Origin: Malacoraja senta
Taxonomy: Eukaryota
Direction of reading: 5' to 3'
Assembly (NCBI GenBank): GCA_038087875.1
Contig: CM075989.1
Coordinates: forward strand, 2,046,001-2,110,000
DNA length: 64,000 nucleotides
In this document: piece by piece, positions 34,656 through 48,351 of the stretch
Numbering within the stretch: position 1 is the stretch's first letter
Layout of the letters: each line of letters opens with the position of its first letter
Program-made: the position numbers and the translations under genes
The notes under the pieces: model-generated
Database searches by the model: none
The model's input: only the letters and a program-made list of their open reading frames with translations
What the model was told of the DNA's origin: nothing

Positions 34656-36447
34656 TTTTTCCGTATTAACCAGCATCTGCAGTCCCTTGGTAGACATACA
34701 ATGCTGGAGAAACTCAGCAGGTGAAGCAGCATCTATGGAGAGAAGGAATAGGTGATGTTTATGGTCGAGACCCTTCCTGCCTCACCTGCTGAGTTTCTCC
34801 AGCATGTTAAGTCTACCTTCGATTGTTCCATCATCTGCAGTTCTTTCATAAACATCTGCACAAATTCAATTCACTGAGATGCATCTCAAGCACTTCTTTG
34901 TCATCAGGTGCAGAATAATGTTGCCGATCAGAGCAGTGATGTTTGCTGAGCACCATGTCATCTTCAGCCATCCCTCTGTCTCAGGTCAGGCACAATCAGA
35001 CACCAACACTCTGGCCATTGCAGTCACAGTGAATCATTGCTGGATATGAATTATTCTCACTCTTGGCTCCACTCATTACCTGATCCCCATTGACCACCAA
35101 TCGTAGACTTTACATCCGTCACTCCTACTCATTTACTCACAGCAATCTCCGCATTGTCTGCACGTATCATTCACGCCCGCCCTGCTCATACACCCTTCCA
35201 TATCACTCACGACTCTCACAAAGGCTCTTTAACTAGGTAAGTGTGCTTGGCAGCTCTCCACATCCCATCACCATGGAAGCTGTTACCGAAGGCTATGTTG
35301 AAGGGCCATTGTGATTAAGAGCAAGGACAGCAGCTGGCTGCAACTAGCATGCGAGCAGCAGCAGAGGACAGTGTTGGCACAGAGGGCCAGCTGATAGGAA
35401 GCCATCCCCTCCCCAGGCCGCGCTTCCCTGATTAATCCGACCAATCATAGGTCGATGTAATCTGCAGCATGATGTCATGGAGTGACAGGTGACAGCAACA
35501 CACTGGAACAATTGCTGGCTCTCACGCTGCCTCGGCATAGCCACCAGCACAACCCAGGAGGAGTCACTACCCAGACACTCTCTCTTTTCCCCTCTCCCAT
35601 CAGGTAAAATGTATACAGTAGGTGTGAAAACGCAAGCCTCCAGAATCAGGGACAGTTTCTTCCCAGCTGTTATCAGGCAACTGAACCATCCTAACACCAA
35701 CTCCTGACCTCCCATCTACCCTGTGCAGAAAGGAACTGCAGCTGCTGGTTTATGCTTCAGACTGAAGAAGGGTCACGATCGAAATGTCACCTATTCCTTT
35801 TTCTCCAGAGATGCTGCCTGACCAGTTGAGTTATGCCTGCACATTGTGTCTGTCTACATTCTACCTTATTGGAGACCCTTGGACTATCTTTAATCAGACT
35901 TTACTGGACTTTATCTTGCTCTAAACTTTATTCCCTTTATCCTGTATCTGTACACTGTGGACAGCTCAATTGTAAGCATGTCTCTCCGCCGACTGGAACT
36001 GTAGATGCTGGATTACACCAAAGATAGACACAAAAAGCTTGAGTAACTCAGCAGGACAGGCAGCATCTCTGGAGAGAAGAAATGGGTGACGTTTCCAGTC
36101 AAGACCCTTCTTCAGACTGAATGCTGAGATGCTGCCTGTTTCGCTGAGTTACTCCAGCATTTTGTGTCTATCACAACTAAACATCGTTTTACTGCACCTT
36201 GGTACACATGACAACAGACTAAACTAATCTAAACAAAAACAAATAAACATCAAGCCTTCAATTTTTCAGACCTGGGAATCTTCAAGCCAGTCTGAAGAAT
36301 GGTCTCGACCTGAACCATCACCTATTCCTTCTCTCCAGAGATGCTGCCTGTCCGGTTGAGTCATTCCAGCTTTTTGTGTCTATCTCCAGTTGAAATCAGC
36401 CCCTGCAGTTCCTTCCTACAACCTTCAAGCCATTCAGGGGATAAACA

Positions 36448-37120
36448 TTCTTGGCACGCAAATTACGCGACCACGTGATCGCGTTGAGTCGCGATGGTCC
36501 CGCGAAGGTCGCACGCGACTTCATGCGCCCGCACAGCCATCTGGAGCGCGTGACGTCATTTGAAGTTGGACACAAAATGCAGGAGTAACTCAGCGGGACC
36601 AGCAGCATCTCTGGAGAGAACAATGGATGACGTTTCGGGTCGAGACTCTTCTTCAGTCTGAAAGAAGGGTCTTGACCCGAAACGTCACCCATTGCTTCTC
36701 TCCAGAGACGCTGCCGGTTCCGCTGAGTTACTCCAGCATTTTGTGTCTATCTTCAATTTTCTTGGCCCCGCACTGGGAGTAGAAGTGGGGGCGGATCCGG
36801 ACTGCAACGGCCGTGAGTCCCAGGCCGAGTTTGACGATTGTTTGCCTGCTTCTGCTGCTGTTGGAGGTGAGACGCTGCGTCGCACCAGGGTCTTGGGCCT
36901 GTCCCACTTTGGCCATCAGTTACGCGACAGGCCGTTGGCGCGTGTAGATTTCGTTCGCTACAAAATTTCGGTGCGCCGCACTATGTCGCGTGCAACTACA
37001 TACCCCTCCGCGCTTCTCAGTGGGACCGGCCACGTGCGGCCACACGATGCCCGTGCGCCTCAAAGCGACGACGAGGTCACGTAATTTGCGTGCCAAGGAC
37101 ACGTAAGTGGGACAGGGCCT
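36448..37120. mobile_element. CpG-rich MITE-like element (PIF/Harbinger-like TIR) with an internal Penelope palindrome
   Basis: Subterminal inverted repeat CTTGGCACGCAAATTACG.. / ..CGTAATTTGCGTGCCAAG. Right end AAGTGGGACAGGGCCT; internal GGGCCTGTCCCACTT at 36895. Confidence 0.6.
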
Positions 37121-37739
37121 TGAGACTGAAAAAGGGACCTGACCTGAAACACCATCTACTGATGTTTTCCACAGATGCTGCCTGACTCGTTGAGTGACTC
37201 CAGCGCATTGTGTCTTCTTTTGCAAACAGCAAACATCCACAAAGAGCAAGATGATAGACACCAGAATGTCATCTAGAAAGCTGTGAGATACACTGTCTCT
37301 GGCCAACAAGTGGCCAGCTGAATAGTGATGCTGCCACCCTGGGTCACCATTGATTCAGCAAGTGTGAACATCCCAGCAATCTCTGACATCTCCCTTAGTG
37401 ACTTGCCTGATTGAAATGCTGGTAATGGCTTCCTCCATTTCCAAGGTGATTACTGAGCAGCATTTTGCTTGCTCATATTAATTCTGCAGCAGTTTGCAAT
37501 ATTTGCAACACCTCTCCATTTAATTAAATTTGGAATTGCATCAAGTTAGCTTTGCTGAAATTGTCAATTGGACTGGTGGACTTTGTCAATCCTTATGATT
37601 GTTATTGTGGATTTAAACTTGCCCTTATGTTGCTTAAATTTGCACAATTATAACTGTTGTATTTTGCAGAGTAAGCTGCTTGCTACGTCTCTCACCGGAA
37701 AGAAAAGACGCAATGCGCCTTAGTGCTGCCCTACTGCGC

Positions 37740-37997
37740 CGGCTATGATCCTGACCACGGATGCTGTCTGTACGGAGTTTGTACGTTCTTCCCGTGACCT
37801 GCGTGGGTTTTCTCCGAGATCTTCAGTTTCCTCCCACACTCCAAAGACGTACAGGTTTGTTGGTTAATTGGCTGGGTATAAATGTAAAATTGTCCCTGGT
37901 TTGTGTAGGATAGTGTTAATGTGCGGGGATCGCTGGTCGGTGTGGACTCAGTGGGCCAAAGGGCCTGTTTCCGCGCTGTATCTCTAAACTAAACTAA
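37740..37997 (+). mobile_element. HE1-type SINE (head truncated)
   Basis: V-domain and (CTAAA)n tail. Confidence 0.8.
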
Positions 37998-38464
37998 TTG
38001 CTAAGACAGCAATCATCTTGACATACTTCGAAGATAGACACAAAAAACAGGAGTAACTCAGCGGGCAGACTGCATCACAATTTCGTTCAGACCGAAAGGT
38101 CTGAATGACAATAAAGGAAATCTTGAATCTTGAATCTAGAATCTCTTGGAGGGAAAGAATGGGTGACGTTCCGGGTCGAGACCCTTCTTCAGACCATATA
38201 CTACTTCAGAATTGTCAGAAACCATTAATGTTAAAGGACAGATAATGGACCCGGCCTCAGGTGCAGTCCTGGGCTTCGGAGGGAAGAGAACATCACTCTG
38301 CTTCTAACCTGCTCTGTACTTACCCTGCCAGTGTTTGATGGGATGTGTACAGGAAACTCCACCTAACATCATTTATAGGTATAGAATACTTGATACAACA
38401 ACATAGAGGAAAGTGTCACAATTGAAAATAGAATTGATTAGAAAACCTCTTGTTTCATTTGGTT

Positions 38465-38736
38465 TAGACTCTAGACTTTAGAGATACAGCACGGAAACAG
38501 GCCCTTCGGCCCACTGAGTCCGTGCCGACCAGCGATCCCCACACACTAACACTATCCTACACGCTAGGGCCAATTTACAATTATACCAAGCCAATTAACT
38601 TACAAACCTGTATGTCTTTGGAGTGTGGGGGGAAACGGGAGCACGTACAAGTTCGGTACAGGCAGCACCCGTAGTCAGGTTCCAGCCCAGATCTCAAATG
38701 CTGTTAGACAGCAACTTTACCACTGTGCCACCGTGC
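38465..38736 (-). mobile_element. HE1-type SINE
   Basis: Antisense tail through head. Confidence 0.8.
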
Positions 38737-39602
38737 CATCCGGCTAACCAGACTTGGCCAGTGAAAGGGAACGATTGGTAGTTTGTTGAAAATTATTGTC
38801 CTGTTCTCTCAGCAGAATCGTTTAGAAACGTGGGCTACAGGTAACACAGTGTTATATGAGACCTCAGGAACAGGGTCCTTGGCCAACATGTCTATGATGG
38901 TTTTTATACCTCACATAAACCTCTCATACTTCATCCTATCTCATCAGCATCAGCACCAGAAAGAGCTAAGGGTTCTTTAATAGCTTCTTCAATAGCTTGC
39001 TTTAAGGAAAGATTTTGAATTATCAGAGCCAAACATGTCTTAATGACCCACCACAACACAAAGAGGTGAGTTGGTGCTGTTCGCACCCAACATTCAGATT
39101 CTCGGTTACTCAACAAGACGACGGTGCAACTTGCACAGCGACTAGGGTGGGGGTGGGGGGGGGGGGGCGGGATGGAGAGAGAGGTGACCTTTCATCCTCT
39201 ATCTCTCACACCCTCTCACACCCTAGTCGTCGTACTAGTTTCACTGTCGTCCTGTACAACTCAATATCACCTAGCTCACAGTGACCCATTGTGTGATCAT
39301 CATCACTTTTTGCATATCTTACATTCATTTGTTCTATATCTCTCTACATCACAGTCTATATCTCTCCTTTCCATTTCCCCTGAGTCTCAGTCTGAAGAAG
39401 GGTCTCGACCTGAAACATCACCTATTCCTTTTCTCCAGAGATGCTGCCTGACCCACTGAGTTACTCCAGCTTTTTGTGTCTATCTTCGGTGTAAACTAGC
39501 ATCTGCAGTTCCATGCTATACTGATTTTGGCCTCATTCCCATGGAGGACACAAGGCCACTCTCAATGTTAAACCAGACTCAACTATTCAGTAGGATTGAG
39601 AG

Positions 39603-39950
39603 GCCCGGTGGTGCAGCGGTAGAGTTGCTGCCTAACAATGCCAGTGACCCGGGTTAGACAATAGACAATAGGTGCAGGAGTAGGCCAGCTTCAATCCTGA
39701 CTACAGGTGCTGTCTGTACGGAGTCTGTACGTTCCTCCCATGACCTGCATGGGTTTTCTCCAAGATCTTCAGTTCCCCCCCCACACTCCAAAGACGTACA
39801 GGTTTGTAGGTTAATTTTCTTTGTGTAAGTGAATGAATATATAACTGTCCTTAGTGACTGTAGGGTAGTGTTAGTGTGTGGGGATCACTGGCCGGTACTG
39901 ACTCGCTGGGCCGAAGGGCCTGCTGCTGTGCTGTATCTCTAAAACTAAAA
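39603..39950 (+). mobile_element. HE1-type SINE with a ~32-bp antisense CR1 tail inserted in the B-box
   Basis: GGGTT|AGACAATAGACAATAGGTGCAGGAGTAGGCC..|TTCAATCC. Confidence 0.75.
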
Positions 39951-40224
39951 AGAAATTTAAAAAGAAAGTTGATGAATCCTCCATTACAATGCGAAAAGGT
40001 TAACCACTGTTTCACTGTCGCTATATCTGGCATCCACCGTCCCACACAGATAACTAACAGCTTCTGGGATCAATAGAATTTCATGCTGAAGGTCTGGGGA
40101 AAAGGAAGAGTTGCTGGTGACAGTGGCTGGGGCTTACTGTGCCAAAAGTCATAGGCTGATGCCTGGGAACTGCTCCCCCCCCCCCCCCCCCCCCTCTCTG
40201 GGTGACACAGCACACAATAGGAAT

Positions 40225-40670
40225 GATCGCAGGAAAGAGTGGGTTAACATATGATGAGTGTTTGACGGCCTGTACTCACTGCCGTTTAGAAGGATGAGTG
40301 GGCACCTCATTGAAACTTACCGAATAGTGAAAGGCTTGGATAGAGTGAATGTGGAGAGGATCTTTCCACTAGTGGGAGGGTCTAGGACCAGAGGTCATGG
40401 GCTCAGAATTAAAGGACGTTCTTTTAGGAAGGAGATCAGGAGGAATTTCTTTAGTCAGAGGGTGGTGAATCTGTGGAATTCTTTGCCACTGAAGGTTGTG
40501 GAGGCCGTCAATGGATATTTTTATGGCAGAGAGAGATTGATTCTTGATTAGTACGGGTGTCAGGGGTTATGGGGCGAAGGCAGGGGAATGGAGTTAAGAG
40601 GGAAAGATGATTGAATGGCGGAGTAGACTTGATGGGCCGAATGGCCTAATTCTGTTCCTATCACTTATGA
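40225..40670 (+). mobile_element. CR1 3' fragment
   Basis: ORF 40258..40551. Confidence 0.85.
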
Positions 40671-41599
40671 ACAACACAAACACCCACCATGGAGCCTGCG
40701 GTGGCAGGACTAATACCCAAAACCAAATCCAGCTGCAAGCTAAGCTCTATTAAGCTGATCAGATACATACAATGGAGACAAGAAACTGCAGATGCTGGAA
40801 TCTTGGGCAAAACACAAAGTGCTGGAGGAACTCAATGGGTTCCATCTGTGGAGGGCAGATAGACACAAAATGCTGGAGTGACTCAGCGGGACAGGCAGCA
40901 TCTCTGGGGAGAAGGAATGGGTGATGTGTGGAGGGAACGGACAGGCAAGTTCCAGATTCGTACCCTTCTTCACACTATATTAAATATCTCATTAAAAAAA
41001 TGACTGCTCATAAAATCTCAATTTGAAGTTTGTTGGCTGTTCAAACATAGAAAATAGGTGCAGGAGTAGGCCAGTTGGCCCTTCAAGCCAGCGCCACCAT
41101 TCAATATGATCATGGCTGATCAACCAGGTTCAGTACCCAGTTCCTGCTTTCTCCCCATATCCCTTGAAGATATCCCTTGACTTGAAATTATCATTCTAAA
41201 TGTATTTACCTACTAAATACACCTTCTAATACTCCCTTGTCTAGAACAAATGGCCTCCATTAAATGATCCAATAGTGTCTGCTTTAATAGGTATGTAGTT
41301 ACACTGTGCACATGGTCAAATAATTCTGTGTCATAAAAAGTCTTAAACTTATAGTTTTGAATCTATACCACATTTGTTAACAAGGGGAAAGTTATAGCAC
41401 AACTTTCCTTCTCGATGTCTTTTGAAAAAATACTGTTTGATCCACCTTGCTGTTTTCCATTCTCAAGAGAAAAGTTCGGAGCCTTCACATGGGCAAATAA
41501 GATAAGTGGGAGAAACAACACAGAAGCATTTTGATACAACATAGTGGAGAGTATCACAATGGAAAATAGAATTGATTCGAAGATTTCTTGTTTCATTTG

Positions 41600-42085
41600 T
41601 AGGAAGGAACTGCAGAAGCTGGTTTAAAGCAAAGATAAACACAAAAAAACTGTAGTAACTCAGCAGGACAGGCAGCATGTCTGGAGAGAAGGAATGGGTG
41701 ACATTTTGGTTTGAGACCCTTCTTCAGACTGGTTAGGGATAAGGGAAATGAGGTATATAACCGATGATGTAGAGAGATAAAGAACAATGAATGAAAGATA
41801 TACAAAAAAGTAAGGATGATAATGGAAACAGGCCATTGTTAGCTGTTTGTTGGGTGAAAACAAGAAGCTGGTGCGACTTGGGTGGGGGAGGGATAGCTAG
41901 AGAGAGGGAATGCCGGGGCTACCTGAAGTGAGAGAAATCAATATTCATACCACTGGGCTGTAAGCTGCCCAAGCGAAATATGAGATGCTGTTCCTCCAAT
42001 TTGTGTTTAGCCTCACTCTGACAGTGGAGGAGACTGAGGACAGAAAGGTCTGTGTGGGAATGGGAGGAAGAATTAAAGTGTTGAT
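41600..42085 (-). mobile_element. Penelope-like 3' fragment with 12-bp TSD
   Basis: TSD TTGTTTCATTTG at 41588-41599 and 42086-42097. Confidence 0.85.
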
Positions 42086-42128
42086 TTGTTTCATTTGATT
42101 GAGTTTAGTTTAGTTTAGAAATAAACTA

Positions 42129-42589
42129 AATGACCTTCCCATCCATGCTGACTTGAACAATCTGCCCAACATGTGCCTGAAGTCCCGCAAACCCTTTTGG
42201 TCTTCCGTTAAATCCCTGGAAGACTTTCATTCCAAGACTGAGTGGTGCAGAACCCGGAAAGATGCCAACACCAACAACAGAGAGGTCATCACAGACCGCA
42301 CAGTAAAACCACCGGGATTTGACCTCCATCGAGAGCAATGGCTAACCCTGTACAGAATCCGCACCCTCCATGCAAGAACCTGCATCAGTGGGGGATGACA
42401 GACAGCCCCCTGCTTGCGACTGCGGACATCCAGACCAGACCATCCCACACATAGTGAATGACTGCTCACTGAGGCTTTTCCCTGGGGGTATCAAAGCCGT
42501 CCACCCAGTAACTGATGCTGTCCTGGCCTGGATGTCTGCCCGAGGCCTACAACTTTAGGCTGTGCACGTCATACGCAAGAATAAAAGAA
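42129..42589 (+). mobile_element. Vingi/Ingi-clade LINE 3' fragment (C-terminal CCHC zinc knuckle and tail)
   Basis: PPGFDLHREQWLTLYRIRT and CDCGHPDQTIPHIVNDCSLRLFPGG..AVLAWM motifs. Tail CATACGCAAGAA. Possible TSD AAATA(A/G)ACTA at 42119 and 42590. Confidence 0.8.
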
Positions 42590-44239
42590 AAATAGACTAT
42601 TCCGTTATTTTCACGCTCCCACCTCTTTGTTCAGCTCCCCCCCCCCTACAACTACAATGTCTGAGTAAGTTCCTGACACAAACGTTGCCTATCTATGTCT
42701 TCCAGAGATGCTGCCTGACCCACTAATTTACTGCAGCACTCTGTATTTGTTTTCTTCCATAAAGCAGCATCTGCAGTTCCTTGTGTCTAAGTAAAGTAAG
42801 TTGGTGGGTGGGGGGTGAGGGGAGAGAGGGTGGGATTGTTGTGTTATTTATTGTAGATCGGTTAGACAGATGCCTAGACAAATGCTGTGTGATTGTCAGA
42901 TTTTGTTGCTGAATTGTTCCTTTGGATTAACAGATTACAACAAAATGCCATGGTTGCCTCTCCTTTAGTCAAATTAGAACAGGCAGGAATGAATCCACAG
43001 GCCTAGCCTTGCATTGCTGCATTGATCTGCATGGCTTAGTATTTCAGTGAGTGCAGCAATGAATAGTTTGAGGAATTACAGATGGAGACATGCGATGGCT
43101 GACCGACATTGCTGTTTTGCTTCAGTATTTGGCCTATTGATCTGTAGTGGCTGCACGTGATTCACTGCTCTTTACAACACCAACGATCAAGCAGAGCAAA
43201 GATAAAATCATTATGGCTTTTTTATTCGATAGTTAAAGGTCTTTGTTTTTCATAAAATAAATCCAGTGAACAAAACACAGGTAAAATTGAGGAAGAAGGG
43301 GCTGGGGATTGTCACTTTGGCAATCAGCACGGCGGGGCAAACAGGGCAGCCTGCTGAGGTATTGATCATTGATGATTCAGTTGCTTGTTTGTCAATAAGT
43401 GACGCAATCAATAACCAACAGGGTGCTACATTTAGATAGACACAAAATGCTGGAGTAACTCAGTGGGACAGGCAGCATCTCTGGAGAGAAGGAATGGGTG
43501 ACGTTTCGGGTCGAGACCCTTCCTCAGCCAACTGACTCAAGGGAGGGGTGAGCAGCATTTGTTACAGATTTTGATTGAGCTTAACGTTTTGGAGGATGGA
43601 ATGTCAGAGCCTAGTGCAGAGTCCGTTGGAACAGTCAAGTGTAGAGTGACAACGGTGTACGTGAGGGTTTCAGCAGCAGACAAGCAGCAACTGGGCTGCA
43701 GGCCGCCAGCTTCACCAGATTCTAATATGGGAACTCTTTGAGTTTAGTTTAAGCTGTGCATTAGTTGATAAGGTCAGCAATGGTCTGTTTCCCACATCAG
43801 GGAGACGTGACTGATCTGAGGGGAAGTTCTGACCTGACATGAAAGGAGCATTTAATCCTGATCCATTGAAGGGGCATGATTATTGGATTACAAGTCAAAA
43901 TCAATTGCTCATTGTTGCAGCACCAGGTTGTAACTCCAGCCTCTTGAGCAGCATTTGATCAACAAAGCCGTAATCACTGAAGACTGATGACACTTGCTAC
44001 AACACGGACGTTTTGAGTGTGTTACTAAACGGCATGTGCTCAGCAGTGTCAATACTCAGCAGCCACAAGTACAGAATTATTTATCCCTGTGAGGCAGTGG
44101 TCAGTTATATGGATGGGGAAGGTTTCGAGGGATATGGGCTAAATGGGACTAGTTTAGATAGGGCATCTTGGTCGGCATGGACACGTTGATCTGAAGGCCC
44201 TGTTTCCGTGCCACATTACTCTACAATAAACTTTATAGA

Positions 44240-44552
44240 GGGGTGGTGCAGCGGTAGAGTTGCTGCCTCACAGCGCTAGAGACTCGTGTTAGATCCTGAC
44301 TATGGGTGCTTGTCTGTACGGAGTTTGTACATTCTCCCCGTGACCCACGTGGATTTTCTCCGGGTGCTCCGGTTTGCTCTCTCACACTCCAATGACGTAC
44401 AGGTTTGTAGGTTAATTGGTTTTGGTAAATTTGTAAATTGTTCCTAGTGTGTGTAGGATAGTGTTAGTGTGCGGTGATCGCGGGTCAGCGTGGACTCAGT
44501 GGGTCGAAGGCCGTGTTTCTGCACTGTATCTCGAAACTAATCTAATCTAATC
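44240..44552 (+). mobile_element. HE1-type SINE
   Basis: Head, V-domain and tail. Confidence 0.8.
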
Positions 44553-44599
44553 TGCAAAAACTGGGAGAAATGAAGATCTCAGAGTCCAACTTTATATTG

Positions 44600-44734
44600 T
44601 AGGAAGGAACTGCAGATGTTGGTTTTAAACGAAGATGGAAAAAAAATGCTGGAATAACTCAGCGGGACAGGCAGCATCTCTGGAGAGAAGGAATGGGTGA
44701 CGTTTTGGGTCGAGACTCTTCTTCAGACTCAATA
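44600..44734 (-). mobile_element. Penelope-terminus mini-element
   Basis: TSD TTTATATTG at 44591-44599 and 44735-44743. Confidence 0.75.
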
Positions 44735-45944
44735 TTTATATTGAACTTTATATTTATGGAGAGTTCATTTATGCACTTTAAAGCTGAGCATTGTGATTAG
44801 AATATCACAATATCAGGAATCACGGGATATGGGGAGAAAGCAGGAACGGGATACTGATTTTGGATGATCAGCCATGATCATATTGAATGGCTGTACTGGT
44901 GCAAAGGGCCAAATGGCCTACTCCTGCACCTATTTTCTATGTTAAAATGTTCATTCAGGACCTACGGCTGGGCAAACCTTTTGCCCACAAATATCAATAG
45001 CAGATTCCAGTGCAACTTTTATCATCTTCAAGTAACATTCAATAAGTATTTTTAATTCTTCATCCAGTAATCATTTTCCTTTGTTGCTCCAGATTGCAAC
45101 TTGAATTACTAATCAGGTCAACACTGCTCATTAAACACCTCCTCATCTTGAAAGCATTGCCACACATTATTAAACGAATGAAACAAAACAAAAAGTATTT
45201 TTTTTCTCCGTTCAAAATGCCGCAAATTGTCTGGAACAAATTCTACTCGGACTTTAATCCTGACTATGTGTGGTGTAATAATTTGATATGGAACTCACTT
45301 CTCTTGTGTTTTAATTTGGGGATCAATGTGCTTAATAACCAGCTTAACATAAACTGCTGGATGAATCCAACCCGTCAGGCAGCATCTTTGGAAGGGGGAA
45401 CTGCAGATGCTGGTTTGCACCAACAAAATGCTGGAGTAACTCGGCAGGGCAGGCAGCATCTCTGGAGAGAAGGAATGGGTGACGTCTCACGCCGAGACCA
45501 TCATCTCAAGAGGGTCTCTGCCTGCCCCGCTGAGTTACGCCAACATTTTGTGTCTATCTTCAGCAACTTTGGAGGGAGTTGACAGACGATGTTTTGGGTC
45601 GGGACCCTTCTTGAGAAGATTCTAGCATCTTCAGTTTCTTGTGTCGCATGTTAATAATTTGCAGTTCCCTCTTAAAATAGTGAAAATACCAAAAGGATGG
45701 ACTTTCATTGATACGGTGCTCTTCACATCTCATCCTAATGTGTCTAACAGCCAGTGAAATACCTTACACTGAAAACTTGAGGGAAATGCGGTAATACAAT
45801 TTGACACAGCAAGCTCCCTTGGGCAGCAATATTACAACAACTAGATAATCTGTTTTAGTAAGGTAGAAGAGGTAAATATCTCTGAGAAAACTAACGGTTG
45901 CTCCCCTAATCTTCTTTAAAATATCCCCATGGGATCTCTTCATC

Positions 45945-46255
45945 AAGGTGGCGCTGCGGTAGATTTGCTGCCTTACAGCGCCAGAGACCAGGGGTTCAAT
46001 CCTGACTACGGGTGCCGTCTGTACGGAGTTTGTATGTTCTCCCTGTGTCAGCGTGGTTTTCCTCCAGGTTTCCTCCTAGACTCCAAAGATGCACAGGTTT
46101 GTAGGTTAATTGGCTTTGGCAAAATTGTACATTGTACCTAGTGTGTAGGATAGTGTATATGGTGTATATGTACCTAGTGTGTATGGGGTGATCGCTGGTC
46201 AGCAGGGACTGGGTGGGCCGAAGAGCCTGGTTCTGCACTGTATCTCTCTAGTCTA
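45945..46255 (+). mobile_element. HE1-type SINE
   Basis: Head, V-domain and tail. Confidence 0.75.
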
Positions 46256-46524
46256 GATGGGCCTGTTCGTGTTTGATCTAATGACCTTTGCCTCACCCAT
46301 CTCCAGCAGTTTGTGTCCCTGTGTTATAAGCCTTCAGAACAACTCTGAAATGTCTCCACTGATCTCGACGTAAATGCAGGACATAAAATGAATTTGTTCT
46401 GATGCCAGGAATTATGTGGAAGGTCATTACGATGTCAACAGCCCAACTGACCACAGCTGGACGTGTGATGAAGAAGTTTAGTCCGGACTTATTATTGTTT
46501 TAGGTTTAGGTTTATTATTATTAA

Positions 46525-46943
46525 AAACATAGAAACATAGAAAATAGGTGCAGGAGGAGGGCATTTGGCCCTTCGAGCCAGCACCGCCATTCATTGTGAT
46601 CATGGCTGATCGTCCCCTATCAATAACCCGTGCCTGCCTTCTCCCCATATCCTTTGATTCCACTAGCCCCTAGAGCTCTATCTAAATCTCTCTTAAATCC
46701 ATCCAGTGATTTGGCCTGCACTGCCCTCTGTGGCAGGGAATTCCATAAATTCACAACTCTCTAGGTGAAAATGTTTTTTTCTCACCTTAGTCTTAAATGA
46801 CCTCCCCTTTATTCTAATACTGTGGCCCCTGGTTCTGGACTCGCCCAACATTGGGAACATTTTTCCTGCATCTAGCTTGTCCAGTCCTTTTATAATTGTA
46901 TATGTTTCTATAAGATTCCCCCTCATCCTTCTAAACTCCAGTG
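46525..46943 (-). mobile_element. CR1 3' fragment
   Basis: ORF 46693..46980(-) reads LEFRRMRG..GLDKLDAGKMFPML. Confidence 0.85.
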
Positions 46944-47285
46944 TCACGTATACTGAGACAAATCTGATAATACTGTACATATATACATCAAGCCAAACTC
47001 AAGTACAACGGGTAAGCAAAGGGGAAGATACAGAGTGCAGAATTTGGTTAACAGCATCGTGGTGCACCAGCTCCAGAGACAAAGTCCAATGTCCACAATG
47101 GGGCAGAGGTGAATTGGACAGTATCCTGGATTATGGAAGGACTGTGGAAAAGCCCCAAGAGAGGGTAAGAAGCTGTTCCTCAATCTGGTGGCGTACACTT
47201 TCAAACTTCTGTATCCTCTGCCCAATGGGAGGGGTAGGCTGAAGGATGTGAAAGGTCATTGATTATATTGGCTGGTTTCCTGAGG
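46944..47285 (-). mobile_element. Rex1/Babar-type 3' fragment
   Basis: Antisense translation GRGYRSLKVYATRLRNSFLP. Confidence 0.7.
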
Positions 47286-48351
47286 TAGCAGTGTTGGTGG
47301 CAGCACGGTGACGCAGTTGACGCGGACTCGGTGGGCCGAAGGCTCTGTTTCCGTGCTGTATCTCTAAAGTCTAAGGTCTAAAATATAAGTGCAGATGGAA
47401 TAAATGATGGGTGATGGACTGGGCTACATCCACAGCTCTCTGGGATTTCTAGTGTTCCGAGGCAGAGCTGTCGCCAAGCCAAGCCATGATGCAGCCCAAC
47501 AGTAGGCTTTCCACAGAGCAAACTGCAGAGGTTTGTGGGAGTTGTTGGAGATACCTTGACTCCTGTCACATCTACGGAGGGTATCTCCAAGCCCTGCATT
47601 CCGACCCAGTGGAAGAGGATCGCTCTTCAGCCACATCTACCCTTGTGAACCCACACCTCATCCAGGAATCGAGTTGCAATGTAACAGTGGAGACTATTTA
47701 CAGACATTACTACCATCGCTGCCAGCTTCTCTTCTCTTCCCTGAACATCTGAGACTGTAAGCGATTATTATGCATGAAAAGAGCAGCTCATTAACCATTA
47801 ATTGAGTGTGGCTGCAGATAATTAATTATTTTAAGCCTGATTAGATGGGAAAAGGAGAATAGTTTTCCTCTGTTGACATCTTTCTTCATTTTTATTACAT
47901 TCCGTTTAAAAAAATAAATCCTCACACCACACAATGGAGCTTGAACATCCGATGCTGGGAATATAATGCGCAGGATTAAACAGTGAACAGTGCTTGATGA
48001 TGTTTTTAACCAACTGATTATCTGTCGGAGACGGAATGTAAACCTAGATGAAGTCCTGCAGGTAACGATCCACTGCCCACAGCAGCACCTTCCAGGCACA
48101 CAATCAGTAATATTTAATCAGGTACACAGTGGTAGTCGGGGAACTAGAATGGTGGACGGAGAGAGAAGGAAAGCAAGCGTTACTTGAAGCTAGGGAATCG
48201 TTCTCTGACTAGTTTCATTGTACTGATTAAATATAACTCTTGATAGACGCAAAAAGCTGGAGTAACTCAGCGGGACAGGCAGCATCTCTGGAGAAATGGA
48301 ATAGGTGACGTATAGGGTCAAGACCCTTCTTCAGACTGCCATATTACTGAT

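Noticed and set aside
34355..34732. CRISPR-like array or 22-aa repeat protein
   Set aside because: The units are head-to-tail with no unique spacers, derive from the Penelope terminus, and lie in a eukaryotic context. The ORF is a by-product of the 66-bp period.
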